A stretch of 64,000 bases of DNA from the human T2T-CHM13v2.0 reference genome, Homo sapiens. This document shows, piece by piece, positions 1 through 15,384 of this stretch. A model generated the notes under the pieces. That model was not told where the DNA came from and ran no database searches. It saw only the letters and a list, made by a program, of their open reading frames with translations. The first letter of the stretch is position 1. Each line of letters begins with the position of its first letter. The DNA lies in NCBI RefSeq assembly GCF_009914755.1, contig NC_060927.1. One strand, 5' to 3'. Both the position numbers and the translations under genes were made by a program.

Positions 1-357
1 GTCATATTTTAGAGGCAGAATAATGGCAAATATAGATTTTAAAACACCATAGTTAAAACAAAGAATCCCTTCCATGTCTGTCACCAGATCTGGCAGACAC
101 ATGTATCAAGTGTAATTCTAACACAAATTGTGAATGACGCAAGTCTCATCCCTAACCAGATCCCTTCACAAGGAGACACTTTCTAGCCAACATTTTTGCT
201 TTACCATTGTAATTTGTTTTTCTATTATTTTATTGAGTGTAGTCAATGACTCAGGTTACAATGTGCAAAAATCTTCCTTCTGTACTTCAAATAGATGAAG
301 AAACAATCTTTTAGAAAAAGTTCTTCTCTACTTCTCGGCTGAGGTTCAATTATTAAC

Positions 358-653
<296 letters not shown>

Positions 654-681
654 AATTATTAACTGTTAAGAGTGGTACTTT

Positions 682-1021
<340 letters not shown>

Positions 1022-1149
1022 TCATTGCATGTTGCTGATTCAAGAGGCTGTCATTGCAGTGGCCTGGACTTAGGGAAGAAAACACTGTGAGCAAGTCAAC
1101 CCTTGGTTTCCAGAAAGTTATGTCTTCTTGGAAGAGAAATTGAAAAGCA

Positions 1150-1456
<307 letters not shown>

Positions 1457-1750
1457 TGAAAAGCACTTTTATATCAGCTTTTATAAAACACATATTACTA
1501 GATATATAGGGTGAAAATATCTGTCTAGTCCTATGTCATGATCGAAGAAACATTTGAAAGAAGAATAGATTGAAAGCATCATGCAATTCCACTGACACAC
1601 AGTTAAGAGTTTCTTTAGTACTGGCGGTGTTTGGAAGTTTTCAGTACCGCTGTGTAAGTCCGGAGAAGCTTCATGGAGAATGGTCAGCTGTGTGATGCAT
1701 AAGCCACCCCTCCCTCTTAGTCTTAACTACTTTTTTCTCCTTTATTTGTA

Positions 1751-2108
1751 TTTTTTTCTTTTCTTTTCTTTTCTTTTCTTTTCTTTTCTTTCTTTTCTTT
1801 TTTTTTTTTTTTTTGAGATGGAGTCTCGCTCTGTCACCCAGGCTGGGTGCAGTGGCGTGATCTCGACTCGATGCAAGCCTGCAAGCTCTGCCTCCCAGGT
1901 TCACGCCATTCTCCTGCCTCAGCCTCCCGAATAGCTGGGACTATAGGTGCCCGCCACCATGCCCAGCTAATTTTTTGTATTTTTTTTTTTAGTAGAGATG
2001 GGGTTTCACCGTGTTAGCCAGGATGGTCTCCATCTCCTGACCTCATGATCCGCCCGCCTCGGCCTCCCAAAGTGCTGGGATTACAGGCGTGAGCCACCGC
2101 GCCCGGCC
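1751..2108 (-). mobile_element. Alu SINE (AluY-like) with (CTTTT)n-expanded tail
   Basis: AluY-type motifs (ttcacgccattc, gtgttagccaggatgg); TSD tatttgtatt. Confidence 0.93.
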
Positions 2109-2533
2109 TATTTGTATTCTCTTAAGAAATATTTCATTTAAAATATAATCAATACCACTTTACAAAGTATATTATGTCTCCTTTCTTTATAGTTTTACAA
2201 AGGGCACATATATCAGCTGTATCCAGAATAGCAAAAATTAAAGATCAAATATTAATATTATTTCTCTCTCTTAAATACCAATACAACAAAAATGTATTTT
2301 ACATACCAGACATTATTTTAAATTTGCTAAAAATTATTACCTTTATACGGTTTTAAATTTTCTTTTTACCAGTTTCTTCATTTGTTTTTCTACAAAACTA
2401 TTTGCTAACTTGCGTCAATGCCTGCACCAGTTTCTCAGCATCCTATTCTGTCATCAACTTCTTTCTCTTAATAGGGGAACCATTTCAGTAATCTATCAAT
2501 TAGTTTGTGTAAGAGGCAGAAAATTAAAAATCC

Positions 2534-2825
2534 GGAGGGGCGCAGTGGCTCACTCCTGTAATCCCAGAATTTAGGGAGGCTGAGGCAGTTGGATCAACTG
2601 AGATCAGGAGTTCGAGACCAGCCTTGCCAACATGCGAAACCCTGTCTCTACTAAAAATACGAAAATTAGCTGGGTGTGGTGGCACGCATCTGTAATCCCA
2701 GCTACTTGGGAGGCTGAGGCAGTAGAGTCTCTTGAACCCGAGAAGTGGAGGTGCAGTGAGCCGAGATTGCACCACTGCACTCCAGCCTGGACAACAAGAG
2801 TGAAACTCCATCGAAAAAAAAAAAA
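2534..2825 (+). mobile_element. Alu SINE (AluS-like)
   Basis: Dimeric Alu consensus with A tail. Confidence 0.93.
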
Positions 2826-4503
2826 CCTAGGCTATCAGGTCATTTACTGGCAATTGCGATTTTAGCATCTATACCAGCATTTTTGCCAAAAAATCCCTGA
2901 GATTTCTCTTCCTTCTTAATTTTGCCTGTAGCTCTCAGCATTTTTCCAGTCTTAAGGAAGTTGAAAGTTTTTTTTTTCCATTTTGTTTAACCATTAACTT
3001 CCATTCTCTCAAATTGCAAATTTAAAAAACAGAAGAATGAAAAGAAAATAAATCTGTCATACAGTGTACACTGCAATATCATGAATTTTTGTACAGAAAA
3101 ACACTGATTTAAAGAATTTCTATGAATTTGCAAATTAGTAATTTGAACAAATCACTCTTTGATATCTGAAAATTAATGAAAAGCATAATTTGTATCACTT
3201 TCTCATTAATATTCTAAATTGTGTCACAGCACATAAAAAAATCGATAAATTATACCTCAAAACATGAATTAAAAAGTATTCTAGAAAACTTTTTAAAAGC
3301 ATTGATACAATGGAGTGCCCAGAGAATTTGTCTCTTTCTCCATTATGTTTTATTATGTCCACATTATTTATCAGGGGAAAGAAAAACAATTCCTATTAAT
3401 TATTTATTAATATTAAAATATTGATGAGTATTAAAAAGTACCGGGCTTCCAGCTGGTGTACTGAGTTGAACTTTTCTGAAATGCAGCCAGCACAAGGGGC
3501 GTGTATTAAAAGAGCAGAACAAATGACTTAATAGGGGTCCAAAAGCAGCAATCAGAAAAGGTTCATTTAACATAGCGATGGCACAAGCTTCAAGTAATTG
3601 CCTCTACTTAAGTAAGTGTGGAATTACAAAAGCCTATTTATTACAGTCCAACAGGGTCCTGCAGCTTGCTCAAAGAGCTTTGAAGAAATTCAACAGTTAT
3701 AAAGTCCTGCTCAGTGCAGAAGCAGTAAAATTTGGACAGACCCCCAAAACAGCCCACAAAGCTTTCATGAAAAAGTTAATACAATCCTCATCGCAATTGT
3801 TCTTTGAAATGAATTGTTTTCTCACTTTTCTTTTTTTAAAGGAGAGATGCTGTACCTGGTTATTTTCAAAACTTCTTTGAAAATGAATTTTAACCACTAG
3901 GAAAAAATGAAAGTTTCATGGTGGTATCAAATTAAATGTAGGACCTCATGTGTTCCAACATTAAGCTTCTTGAAATGCTCTTGAAACCAACATTAAATGT
4001 GACTCCGTTAATGGACTTACTTCAGCAGAAAAATTAGTAGATTTCCTCATTGTAGAAAATGCAAAATTTGAGTCCAAAGACACTGGGGCTGAAATTTTTT
4101 TATTAGTGATTGGATAATGATTTGATTTTTCTAAGTATTAAAGTAAGCAAAAATAAATTTTTTTTTAAAAAATTCACATATCCATTTATTTATAATTCAG
4201 CAATACATTTATAAATATAGAATATGTTTATGAAGCTTCAACTAAAGTATAAGAAAAATAACTTATCTTTTGCTTGGAATCAATTTTAGAGAGCAAATTG
4301 CAGGGTTGTGGGGGTGAAGCCAATTTAGGGACTAAAATAGAGGATTATTGAATAATGAAGAATTGATAATGAAAGGTAAATGATGTTAATTTGTATGAAA
4401 AGATATTAATTCCTAATGGGAGCAAAAAGTTGGTAAGAAAATGAATTTACTTTTTCATCAGAAAAGCAACACCTACATTTTTCCTTGGCAAAAGATTAAG
4501 TCA

Positions 4504-4790
4504 GGCCAAGTGTGGTGGTTCATGCCTGTAATTCTAGCACTTTGGGAGGCCTACCGGGGAGAATCACTTGAGCCCAGGAGTTCAGGATCAGCCTGGGCAA
4601 CATGACAAAACTTTGTCTCTACAAATAATAAAAAATTAGCTGATTGTGGTGGCACAAGCCTGTAGTCTCAGCCAGTAGGATTGCTTTAGCCTGGGAGGTG
4701 GAGGCTGCAGTAAGCCGAGATCACATCACTACACTCTAGCCTGGAAAACAAGGGCAAAACCCTGTCTTAAAGAAAGAAAAAAATAATAAA
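4504..4790 (+). mobile_element. Alu SINE (AluJ-like, internal deletion)
   Basis: Diverged Alu; TSD aaagattaagtca. Confidence 0.9.
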
Positions 4791-6211
4791 AGATTAAGTC
4801 ATCATTCCCAGGCCAATCCATGCTTCAATTAGAAGGTGTTCCTATGAGATCTCACAAATAATAAAACCCAGTTGATGGGAAATATTGCAGTAGATTCTAT
4901 TTTTTGGTGTACAGTTTTCTCTGAAGTGGCACAAGGCAAGCATCATGAAAGTTTCTATTATAGGTGAAGAATAAAAATGAAAAGTGTTTATAGATAGGAA
5001 AGTTTGAACGAGAGGTCGGATGCAAAAATCATCATGTGATAATCATAGAAACATCAACAAATACAGAACTTCTGCTAACTTGTGGGAAATACAAATACAT
5101 GAGGTTCTTATGGTCCTTGATTTGAGAAAAATCTATATAAAAATAAGTGCTTTAACAATGAAAACAATTCAACAGTTAATGTATCTAAAGATTCCTGAGT
5201 TTTTGTTTGTTGTGTGTTTGTAGTTTATTTTGCTGCATTCCATTAAGGCAGGGTGCCACTGAACTCCAGTGAGACATTTCGATTGGCGAGTGAACCAAGA
5301 TTGAGATTTGAAAGCAGAAGTACTTTGATGATAGTATGCATTTTTCCTTTTAATGGAAGGGTTTGAAGAAGGAAATCACTTAAAATATTTTTAATCTTCA
5401 GTTAGAAATGAATTTGACCCTATGATATCTGATCCAAACAGATGGGGTTTTTATTCATATTCCATACTTTCGATAATGCTTAGCAAAACATAGCAAATGT
5501 AGAATCACCATCAAATAAGACATTTCAAAACATGTCTAGGTAATTGTAACACATATAGCAGTCATTTCCTTGGTACCTCTCATTAAGTATTTTTTTAAGA
5601 AATAAAACTGTACAAAAGAAGATTGTTGTTCCTTTTCTTTGTAGTCAAGAGATGTTTGTCAGAAGTCAAGGCCTACTGTAATATGTCCTAAATCATATCT
5701 ATTTTACAATATACTAAATATTATTATTACCTATGGATACCATGGGACTCCTTGTGCATAATGGATTCCAGTCCTCTTGCAGAGCTGCATATGAAAATGT
5801 TATCAATGAGCTGAAGAATCTGGCATTAATAACTTTGCAACATTATAACAAATAGGTAGTCCTGATGTTTTGTTCTTTTTTTAATACATCAAATATATTT
5901 CATTGCTTACATTATAGTAGCAGATTGAAAACATCTGCTCACTTGCCACTAGTCCACCAGCAGCAGAGAATCTCAGCACATTTTCCCTAGGCCTGCATGT
6001 ACCAGGGCTATAATCCAGCTGTTGAGTCTGGATATGGGGCCAGATTAATATTCAAGAGCCTTGGAAATGGAAATAGTGCTTTCTTGCCAAAAAACTGGAA
6101 CAATGATAGACTCCATTTGCATGTTCCCTTCTCCCTCTGTTCTTATTCGCCACCCTTTCTAACCCATTAATTTGCTTCCTTCCACCTTCCCCTCCCATCC
6201 TCTCTTTACAG

Positions 6212-6336
6212 CTCCATCACCTGTCCTGACGATTAAGAAAGATCGGACCTCCAGAAATAGCATCTCTTTGTCCTGGCAAGAACCTGAACATCCTAATGGG
6301 ATCATATTGGACTACGAGGTCAAATACTATGAAAAG
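6212..6336 (+). CDS. EPHA3: EPHA3 coding exon 6 (N-terminal half of second FN3 repeat; (A)[41 protein letters not shown])
   Basis: Pyrimidine tract + ttacag acceptor ending 6211; donor AAG|gtgggg at 6337; 125 nt; translation matches recalled EphA3 ectodomain. Confidence 0.97.
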
Positions 6337-7856
6337 GTGGGGAAACAATGTTTAAGGGTTGGGCTGTGTAGGCAAGAAGCTGTTTCCTCATGAGCTGTGC
6401 TCTTGCAAAGAAACCAGTGACATTCCTGGTAAATGGTAGAGCACTGTTTAGAACTGTGGCCCTGTGACCCCTTTGATTTATTGGTAGAGGAAGGTTTAGA
6501 AAGAATCTTGTTGAATACCCCCTATTCTACAGCAATAAACAACATCAAAGATGCCACTGCCAACTTAATCCAGTTACTTATGGCAATAGCATGACATTTA
6601 TCTCCCTTTACACCAAGACCCCTACTCTACCAACTATTTTATTGTGGTTTCTTAGTCTATTTGTGAACTGTTTTTTTAGTTCATTGCCTCAAGCATCATT
6701 TCCTGACCTTCAAATTTACATGCATTTCATTCAATACAAATAGCAACATTGTGCTAGTAAGAAAAATATTGTATTATTTAACTGATGATGAAAAGATTTT
6801 CTTGACCCTGTAGAAGGAAATTTAAAAGGTTGGGGATAGATGGATAAATTTGCGTGACATAAAGTTGTGGCTTGGTAATGCAATTATTAAAAAAAATAGG
6901 CACATGGTTATTTTTACCCCAAATTTAAAAATTATTAAAAAATAGTTATGTGGTTATTTTGCCCTGAGTGGAGTGGCGAGTATTCCATCATTCTAAATAA
7001 CTCATTTTTTTTCTGGTTGTAAATGATAGTAAAGTTTAAAGACAAGATATGTTTAAACCTTAGAATCACAGCTAGTTAGTTTCACAACTACTAACATGAA
7101 CACTACATATTTGTGTATCTACTTCAGTTTATAAAGTGTGTTAAAATGAATTAAATGCAAATTGTGCATTTATATAGCAGTTTATATTTACAGAACATTT
7201 CTGTGGACATTACTTAAGTCTGAGCTGTATAACAACCTTATGGAAGTAGCAAAGTAAGTTGTTTTAGAAATAAGAAAACAGAGAGTGATGTTATATGAAT
7301 TTCCCACAGCCTCATTGCTAATAAATATTAGGCATCTGTTTTGAATTGTGGCAGCCATGAGTCCTCCTTTAGTAGGTTTTTCCCTATATCAGGTACCTTT
7401 TTCTACATGATAATAGATCCTTATAAGAATTATTGGCATAATCAACTGTGCAAACTGCGTAATGTAAAAACATTGTTTTGCATTATGTAGTTATTTCCTT
7501 GCTTGAAGTTAATATATTTCTCTAGTATAATGTCATTTTTTTCATAGTCTCTCTTACAGAAAGCCTAGAGTATATCTTTTTTATTAAAAGAAATTGATGC
7601 CAAATAAACTTCATTGTTCAAAAATTGTAGTAGAAATAAATTTTCTCCTAGCTTTGAGTCCTCTACTGTGGTAAAGTCAAATACTCATAGGATTGTGATC
7701 TATTTTCAGAAGTGTGACAAGATAGAATGGGCAAATATAATAATTCATGTTCATAAATGATGCCACAAAATTCTTAAAAATCAGTAATGTGCCTCAGTTC
7801 AAACTAGATTTCAGGACTGGGAGAAGAACACCTAACATTTAGATCTATGAGGTTGA

Positions 7857-8318
<462 letters not shown>

Positions 8319-9222
8319 TAAGTATTTTTTGATACATACATACCTGTAATATTATTTAAAATATATTCCTTTAAATACATATTTGCATCACATATACCTA
8401 AATTTAAAAATTAATTCTAAATATTTATAGTATGCTTGGTAATATTTAGAAAGATTCTCTAGGATTTAAGGTCCACAAGGTCTAGATTTCTGGACTGGTT
8501 ATTTCGCTGATGGTGATTAACAGTATATGTAATGTATGGCATGTTTTCTGTACTATTCAATCTCGTTTTGGTTGAGGATATACAGCGTTTCATATTATCC
8601 ACTCTAGGTCCTACTCTAGGTGCAGGGACATTGTACCATTGCTTGAAATCAGGTTCCTCATAGGAGCTCTGTGTATAATAATATATGTGAGAGAAAAAAC
8701 GTAATTCTTGATAAATTCAATTTTTGTAAACAAAGCTTGACACAAAGAGACCACTAAAATGTGTCGTGTGAATCTAATGTACAATGTGAATCTCCTAGAG
8801 ATCCTTTTTGGGAAGCATTTCTAGCCTTTGATCTGGAGATTTTTGTCTCTACCAAACCACAGTGACTTAGATTAAATACAGCACAAATACAGTTAAGCTA
8901 AAAATAATGTAGAGCTACATATAAAACCTTGATTTTTTATGTTTAATATTTTAAGGTTGATAAAAAAAAGTTCTACTCCAGAATCAATAGAGCATTCCTA
9001 TTAGGTTTAATTCAAAGGGATATTTTCTTCTTTGTAAGTTTGTTATTGGAATTAGATTTAAGCTTTCTCTCAGCCTTGACTTTGAAGAGAACATATCTTC
9101 TCTCACATATTTACTGGTTAGAATAAAGCCAAATTTTTCCTGCTTTACATGCAGGACAGAAATCATAATATTCAAATTGGGAAATTCTGTAAATATTTTT
9201 ATTTTTAGAAATGCCCATGTTG

Positions 9223-9568
<346 letters not shown>

Positions 9569-9692
9569 TTAAATCCATCCTATGATTTGTGTTAAAATAT
9601 AAAAGAATCAGGTTTGAGTGGTTCACTGTTTATCATTTTATAGCATTATGAAGATTTGATTTTAACATGAATTTTTTTTTCTGACCTCAAAG

Positions 9693-9855
9693 CAGGAACA
9701 AGAAACAAGTTATACCATTCTGAGGGCAAGAGGCACAAATGTTACCATCAGTAGCCTCAAGCCTGACACTATATACGTATTCCAAATCCGAGCCCGAACA
9801 GCCGCTGGATATGGGACGAACAGCCGCAAGTTTGAGTTTGAAACTAGTCCAGACT
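9693..9855 (+). CDS. EPHA3: EPHA3 coding exon 7 (C-terminal half of second FN3 repeat; [54 protein letters not shown])
   Basis: Acceptor ctcaaag|CAG, donor ACT|gtatgt at 9856; 163 nt; in frame with exons 6 and 8. Confidence 0.97.
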
Positions 9856-9881
9856 GTATGTATTATTTCAATGCAGTCTAG
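9693..9881 (+). CDS. EPHA3: Terminal coding segment of the secreted EphA3 isoform (exon 7 read-through into intron 7, C-terminus [11 protein letters not shown])
   Basis: Frame continues across the donor: TGT ATG TAT TAT TTC AAT GCA GTC TAG (stop 9879-9881); matches the recalled 539-aa soluble isoform. Confidence 0.9.
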   Translation, partial: QEQETSYTILRARGTNVTISSLKPDTIYVFQIRARTAAGYGTNSRKFEFETSPDCMYYFNAV

Positions 9882-10554
9882 AGGAGGGGGCAGGGATCTT
9901 GCAAAAGATGTCTGATCGTTTATTCTCACTGTTTCTAAGTTTTAAACAAATGTGATACATTTAAGGTATATTGCTTGGGACATTGCAATTTGCAGAGCCC
10001 TGTGTCTGTATACAGTATTTGTGTTTGTGTGGGTGTACATTTTGTGTTTCTTTTTTTCTTGTATGCAAATCAAACATATTCTAATGCCTGAAATGCTTCT
10101 GTTTTTTTTTTATTTGAGCCATAAATTGCTTTTGAGGAACATTATTTAATATAGTAACACACTACCAGTGTCTGTCATTTCAGATATTCCAGGTTCATTG
10201 CGTGATTCAATGAACCACAAAAAAGAAACTTGCTGATCCATGAGAATCTTAATTTTGTTTTAATCCTTAACACATTCAATAGCATATCACAGAGAGAATA
10301 AGGATTTTCTAAAATGTGTTTTATCACTTCATTCACATTCAGAAGTAATTTGAATAGCCTGTTCCTTTAACCCCAAATTTGGCTAAAATTGGCCTAAAAC
10401 TGGCAAACATTTTTCCAGTAACTTTTCTTTTTTTCAAATGAATTTTCTTCATACTTAAAAAAGCCCTTTGCTAAAATATAATTTTCAAAAAGGTAAAATT
10501 ATGTCTATGGCACTAATATAAAATGAGTAGAAGTTAATGATTTTACTTAACTCA

Positions 10555-10909
10555 TTTTTTTCTTTCTTTCTTTTTTTTTTTTTTTGAGACGGAGTCTTGC
10601 TCTGTCACCCAGGCTGGAGTACAGCAGAGCGATCTCGGCTCACTGCAAGCTCCTGCAAGCTCCGCCTCCTGGCTTCACGCCATTCTCCCCCTCAGCCTCC
10701 CGAGTAGCTGGGACTACAGGCGGCCGCTACCATGCCCGGCTAATTTTTTGTATTTTTGGTAGAGTCCAGATTTCACCGTGTTAGCCAGGATGGTCTTGAT
10801 CTCCTGTCACCTTGTTAGCCAGGATGGTCTTGATCTCCTGACCTCGTGATCCGCCCGCGTTGGCCTCCCAAAGTGCTAGGATTATAGGCGTGAGCCACCT
10901 CGCCCGGCT
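10555..10909 (-). mobile_element. Alu SINE (AluY-like) with two internal tandem duplications
   Basis: Reverse AluY-type sequence; TSD ttaactcattt. Confidence 0.94.
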
Positions 10910-10925
10910 GTTTAACTCATTAATT

Positions 10926-10951
10926 AATAAACAGATTAGCAAGAGATTAAA
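10926..10951 (+). terminator. Candidate poly(A) signals (AATAAA 10926-10931, ATTAAA 10946-10951) for the secreted isoform
   Basis: First canonical hexamer I can see downstream of the 9881 stop, followed by a (TG)n tract; actual cleavage site not determinable from sequence. Confidence 0.4.
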
Positions 10952-10991
10952 ACCTGTGCTAAGAAAAACTTGAAGAACAGATACATAATTA

Positions 10992-11036
10992 TGTGTGTGT
11001 GTGTGTGAGCGTGTGTGTGTGTGTGTGTGTGTGTGT
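10992..11036. repeat. (TG)n microsatellite, interrupted
   Basis: Direct reading. Confidence 0.95.
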
Positions 11037-11994
11037 TTAGGTAATCATAATATGCTAAAAATGTGCTAATATATCCCACACTGGTTAATATCCAATGAGG
11101 GTAATAAATGTAATGATTGAGGTCATCTTTCTTACAGGGCACAAACCAGTTGTCTTTCTAGTAAATAAGTGTTATTTCAATTGTTAAAGGAAAAAGGATA
11201 TATATCACTATCAGTTTTCTACAACTTAAATTCACTGTTGTAAGGTAGCCTAGAAAGATGAGCAAAGATGCACACCCTTTAGAAATAGATTACCCAGGAA
11301 AGGTCTGACAATGCTCAACACTCTGCTGAATGGAATATAATAATCTTCTGACCATTCCCATTTCCCATTCTTCCCTGACACCTGTACTTCCCATTTTCTA
11401 GATAGTTAGTTCCTGACATAAAATCTCATTGTTACTGGTATATTTTTGTGTCCAAATTTGATACCTGATAAAAACTTTCAGGATTGACCTAAAAATATAA
11501 GAATCATTCTAGTTATATAGTATTTATTCCATCAAGTTTACTCATGTTGGAGTACATATTTTATGGCACACTTTCTGTCGGACAATTAGAAATGCTGCTT
11601 ACAATAAGGAGCTATAAATTTCACCAGGTATTGAAATGTTAATGTTTTTAGAAATCATCTGCTCATAGCTGAACCATGACAATTCTACTCAAAGGAGAGC
11701 TGCCATCCTCAAATACGTAAATCTATTCTTAAAGACTTCTTTTAATCCTCACAATAAAATGTGTATGGAGAAATCACCCTCAGAAGATATTAGAAACAAA
11801 ACATGAAGTATGATGGAAATAATGCAAGTGCCAACAAGGTTTAAAACAAATTAAAAACTTTAGATGGCTCAATAATAAAATATAAGTGTAACTTAACATT
11901 AGTACTTCTAAGACTTTTTGCAAATGTTAAGTGGTACGAAGAAAGTTTCTCCTTTTGAAATGATTACAGATTAACTTTTCTCAAAATCTCTTTC

Positions 11995-12259
<265 letters not shown>

Positions 12260-13054
12260 CTTAAATGAATATTTGAAATAACAGCAATAACAAAATCTAT
12301 ATTTGATTTATCAGGAGAGATCCGAAATCATAGAATTAGCAAAAGCTAATATTTATTGTGTCCTGTGGTAGAAATCAGGCATATTATGAGGCAAAAAGCT
12401 CAGATCACTATTAGATAAACATGTTTTATGCATATTTGGGAACATCCCTCTAATATTACATGGTCTTAACACTTAACCCTCTCTGATAAGTAAATTTGCA
12501 AAAACAATATATTTTAAAATTGTAATGTAATTCCAGATTTACCACAGATATTGCTGTGGTAGCATTTATGCATAACCTTCTAATGAGGCTTCAGTGTCTG
12601 AGGTTTAGGAAATATCTCATTCGAAAACTGCAGGGCCTTAGGATTTTTGCCAAGTAAGTTTTGTATTAGCAATGCTTCCATTGATTGAGAGAGAGAAGAG
12701 GAAAAAAGGATGGAAAAATATGAGCCTTTTTCTCCCTCCTCATTTATTTAAAAACTGTGAGTTACACATTTTAATCTTTTTACAAAAGTTAGTTTACTTT
12801 TGCCCTTATTTCACCATAATATTTCCAGATTTTAAATATAAATGAGAAAAAAATGCCTTTTGTCTTAGGAGGTAAAAGACAAAATTTTTTTTGTCTCACT
12901 CTCCCTATTGTTTTTATTAAATCAAAATGACATATTCCTAAATGCTGTAAGTATTTAATAAGACTCTTATTTGTTATATATTGATTTTTTTAAAAAATAG
13001 ACATAAGACTTCTGTTTGTATTTAACAGTTTGCTTTTTCCCTCTCGTTTTAATA

Positions 13055-13353
13055 TTTTATTTTATTTATGTATTTATTTATTCTTTTTTGAGACCAAGTC
13101 TTGCTCTGTCGCCCAGGTGGGAATGCAGTGGTGAGATCTCAGCTCCCTACAAAATCCGCCTCCTGGGTTCAAGCGATTCTATAGCTGGGATTACAGGCAT
13201 GTGCCACAATGCCCAGCTAATTTTGGCATTTTTAGTAGAGACGGGGTTTCACCATGTTGGCCAGGCTGGTCTTGAACTCCTGACCTCAAGTAATCCGACT
13301 GCCTTGGCCTTCAAAAGTGCTGGGATTACAGGTGTGAGCCACCGTGCCCAGCC
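13055..13353 (-). mobile_element. Alu SINE (AluS-like, small deletion)
   Basis: Reverse Alu with (TTTA)n tail. Confidence 0.92.
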
Positions 13354-13499
13354 GGTTTTAATTTTGTAATTACATAAGAATGTCTCATTCATGACATGTA
13401 TGCATATTTCTTGGTAGAACACAATGTATTTTGAGCTGGAATTTAGATAACATTTTCTGAACTTTATAGGGAAGAGATGGAGGCAGAGCAGAGCACATA

Positions 13500-13670
13500 T
13501 TGTTTTCTAAGTGCTTTAAAATATCTTATTTTTGTATGTTGGTATTTTATATTTATTATCATCTTCATTTTACAGTTGAGGAAACTGAGACAAAGGGAGG
13601 TTAAGGAAGTTTTCCAAAGTCACACAATTGGCAAGGGATACATCAATTCCAGAATCCAGGTTTCTACATG
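13500..13670 (-). mobile_element. MIR SINE fragment
   Basis: Core motif ttttacagttgaggaaactgaga...ggttaag...gtcacaca; boundaries approximate. Confidence 0.75.
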
Positions 13671-14127
13671 ACAGTATATAAAGCAGTATGATAAACATTT
13701 CATTTGATTCTGTTCTATAAGTTATTCAGATACTATTGTATCCTTTTATACATGATCCAAGATACAGATTTTGTGTGTTTTTTTTCTGAGTTTACATATG
13801 TAGTCAGATGGGGCAACAAACCTAGAATCTCCAGGTTTTGAAGTCTTGAACCGTGCAATTATTGCACATGAAAAAAAAAATACTAAGCTAAGACCCATAG
13901 AAAGCATGGAGTATAAAAGAGTAAAAGGATTTTCCTAGCATGAAGGTAGCTTCCACCAATACAAGAAGTACAGACATTAGGGCATGTTTGGAAAAGCAGA
14001 TAGTCCAATTGTTTGGAAACCCTCAGTGGGGAAAAACTGAAGCCATGGTGTGTGCTTTGTGCACAAGAAAATCAGGGATAAAGTGAAAGTTAAGATCAAA
14101 TACATTAGAGCAGCTGAGCATTATTAG

Positions 14128-14300
14128 GGTGAACTTGACAAGTCATTTCAAGTCTCCGTGTCTCAGTTTTTCTATCTGGAAATTGGGGAACATCATGTGA
14201 TAACTCATGAGATTTTAATGTTTATTAAATATGTTATTACTTGTAAAGTGCTTAAAATAGTACCTCATATAGCCTCATATAGTAGGTACTCACTGTGCAT
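14128..14300 (+). mobile_element. MIR SINE fragment
   Basis: gtgtctcagttttctatctggaaattgggg...tgtaaagtgcttaaaatagt; boundaries approximate. Confidence 0.7.
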
Positions 14301-14681
14301 GTGTGTTGTGTTTAAACAAATAGTCCGTAATTTGAACATCTGAAGAATTTCAAGAATAACAATCTGTGGAATAAAGTTGAGTTTTAAAATTAGAGGATTT
14401 CATTGGATATTATTATGAAGAAGACAACCCCAGGGATAATTAAATTAGCGCTCCCGAAAGCCTCACACCCTCATTATTTGTTGTTTTGAAGAGTAAAAAT
14501 GGTACAACTTTACTTTCTTGGGCCCTATTACTAGGGAACATAAAGGAAGCCTGACAAAGGGAGAATGGAATCATTAAATGGAGAAATTTCTATATAAAAA
14601 TTAGGCATTCATCATCTATCATTTTGTAGGAAATAGAGTACTTTTGCAAAGTTTTAACCAGGGAAATGATATAAACAATTG

Positions 14682-14835
14682 TAACATTTATTGAGCACTT
14701 AATATATGCTTGGCACTACTGTAAGTGTTTTACTAGTACTAACTCATTTAATTCTCAAACAACAAAATTATGTCACACAGCAAACAAATATAAATCCAGG
14801 AGTTCTGACTCAAAAGAATGAACTCTGAATCACTC
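14682..14835 (-). mobile_element. MIR SINE fragment
   Basis: aacatttattgagcactt...aactcatttaattctca; boundaries approximate. Confidence 0.65.
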
Positions 14836-15384
14836 TTTTGAGAGAGAAAGCCAGCACTCTGTGTAGGATGGAGTAAAATGGAAATGAATAGAAACAGAGG
14901 GAGCAGAAAACAAATTCAAGTTGAATTATTAAGAAATGTAATAGCTATCAATTACATTAAATTATTAGACACCTATGTAACTCATCACTATTAGTCATTC
15001 ACATATTTGCTAATTTTAGCAATGGAAATGATCTGATTTAGTTATGTGCTTTAGATAGCCTCTGTGAGTCATATATTTTAGAGACAGAAAAAACTGTGGA
15101 GAAATCCTAGTTTAATTCTGTTTTCAACAGAAAAAGAAATAGATAATTATTTTTTCTCCTATCATAGTTCCCTTCCCAGTTTCACTGAGCTTTATTTTAT
15201 AAGCTGGCTAATCAAAATAACCACAGAATTCAAACCTTGCTGCTTTCTATAAATTATTACAGTATGCAAAGTGAAAAGCATGAGTTCAAGTCACCACTAT
15301 ATGTTTATGGAGCATTTTTGAAATATTGGATTAAGCTATTTCACAAATCATTCACAGATCTGTAGCCAATGGATAGGGATGTAA

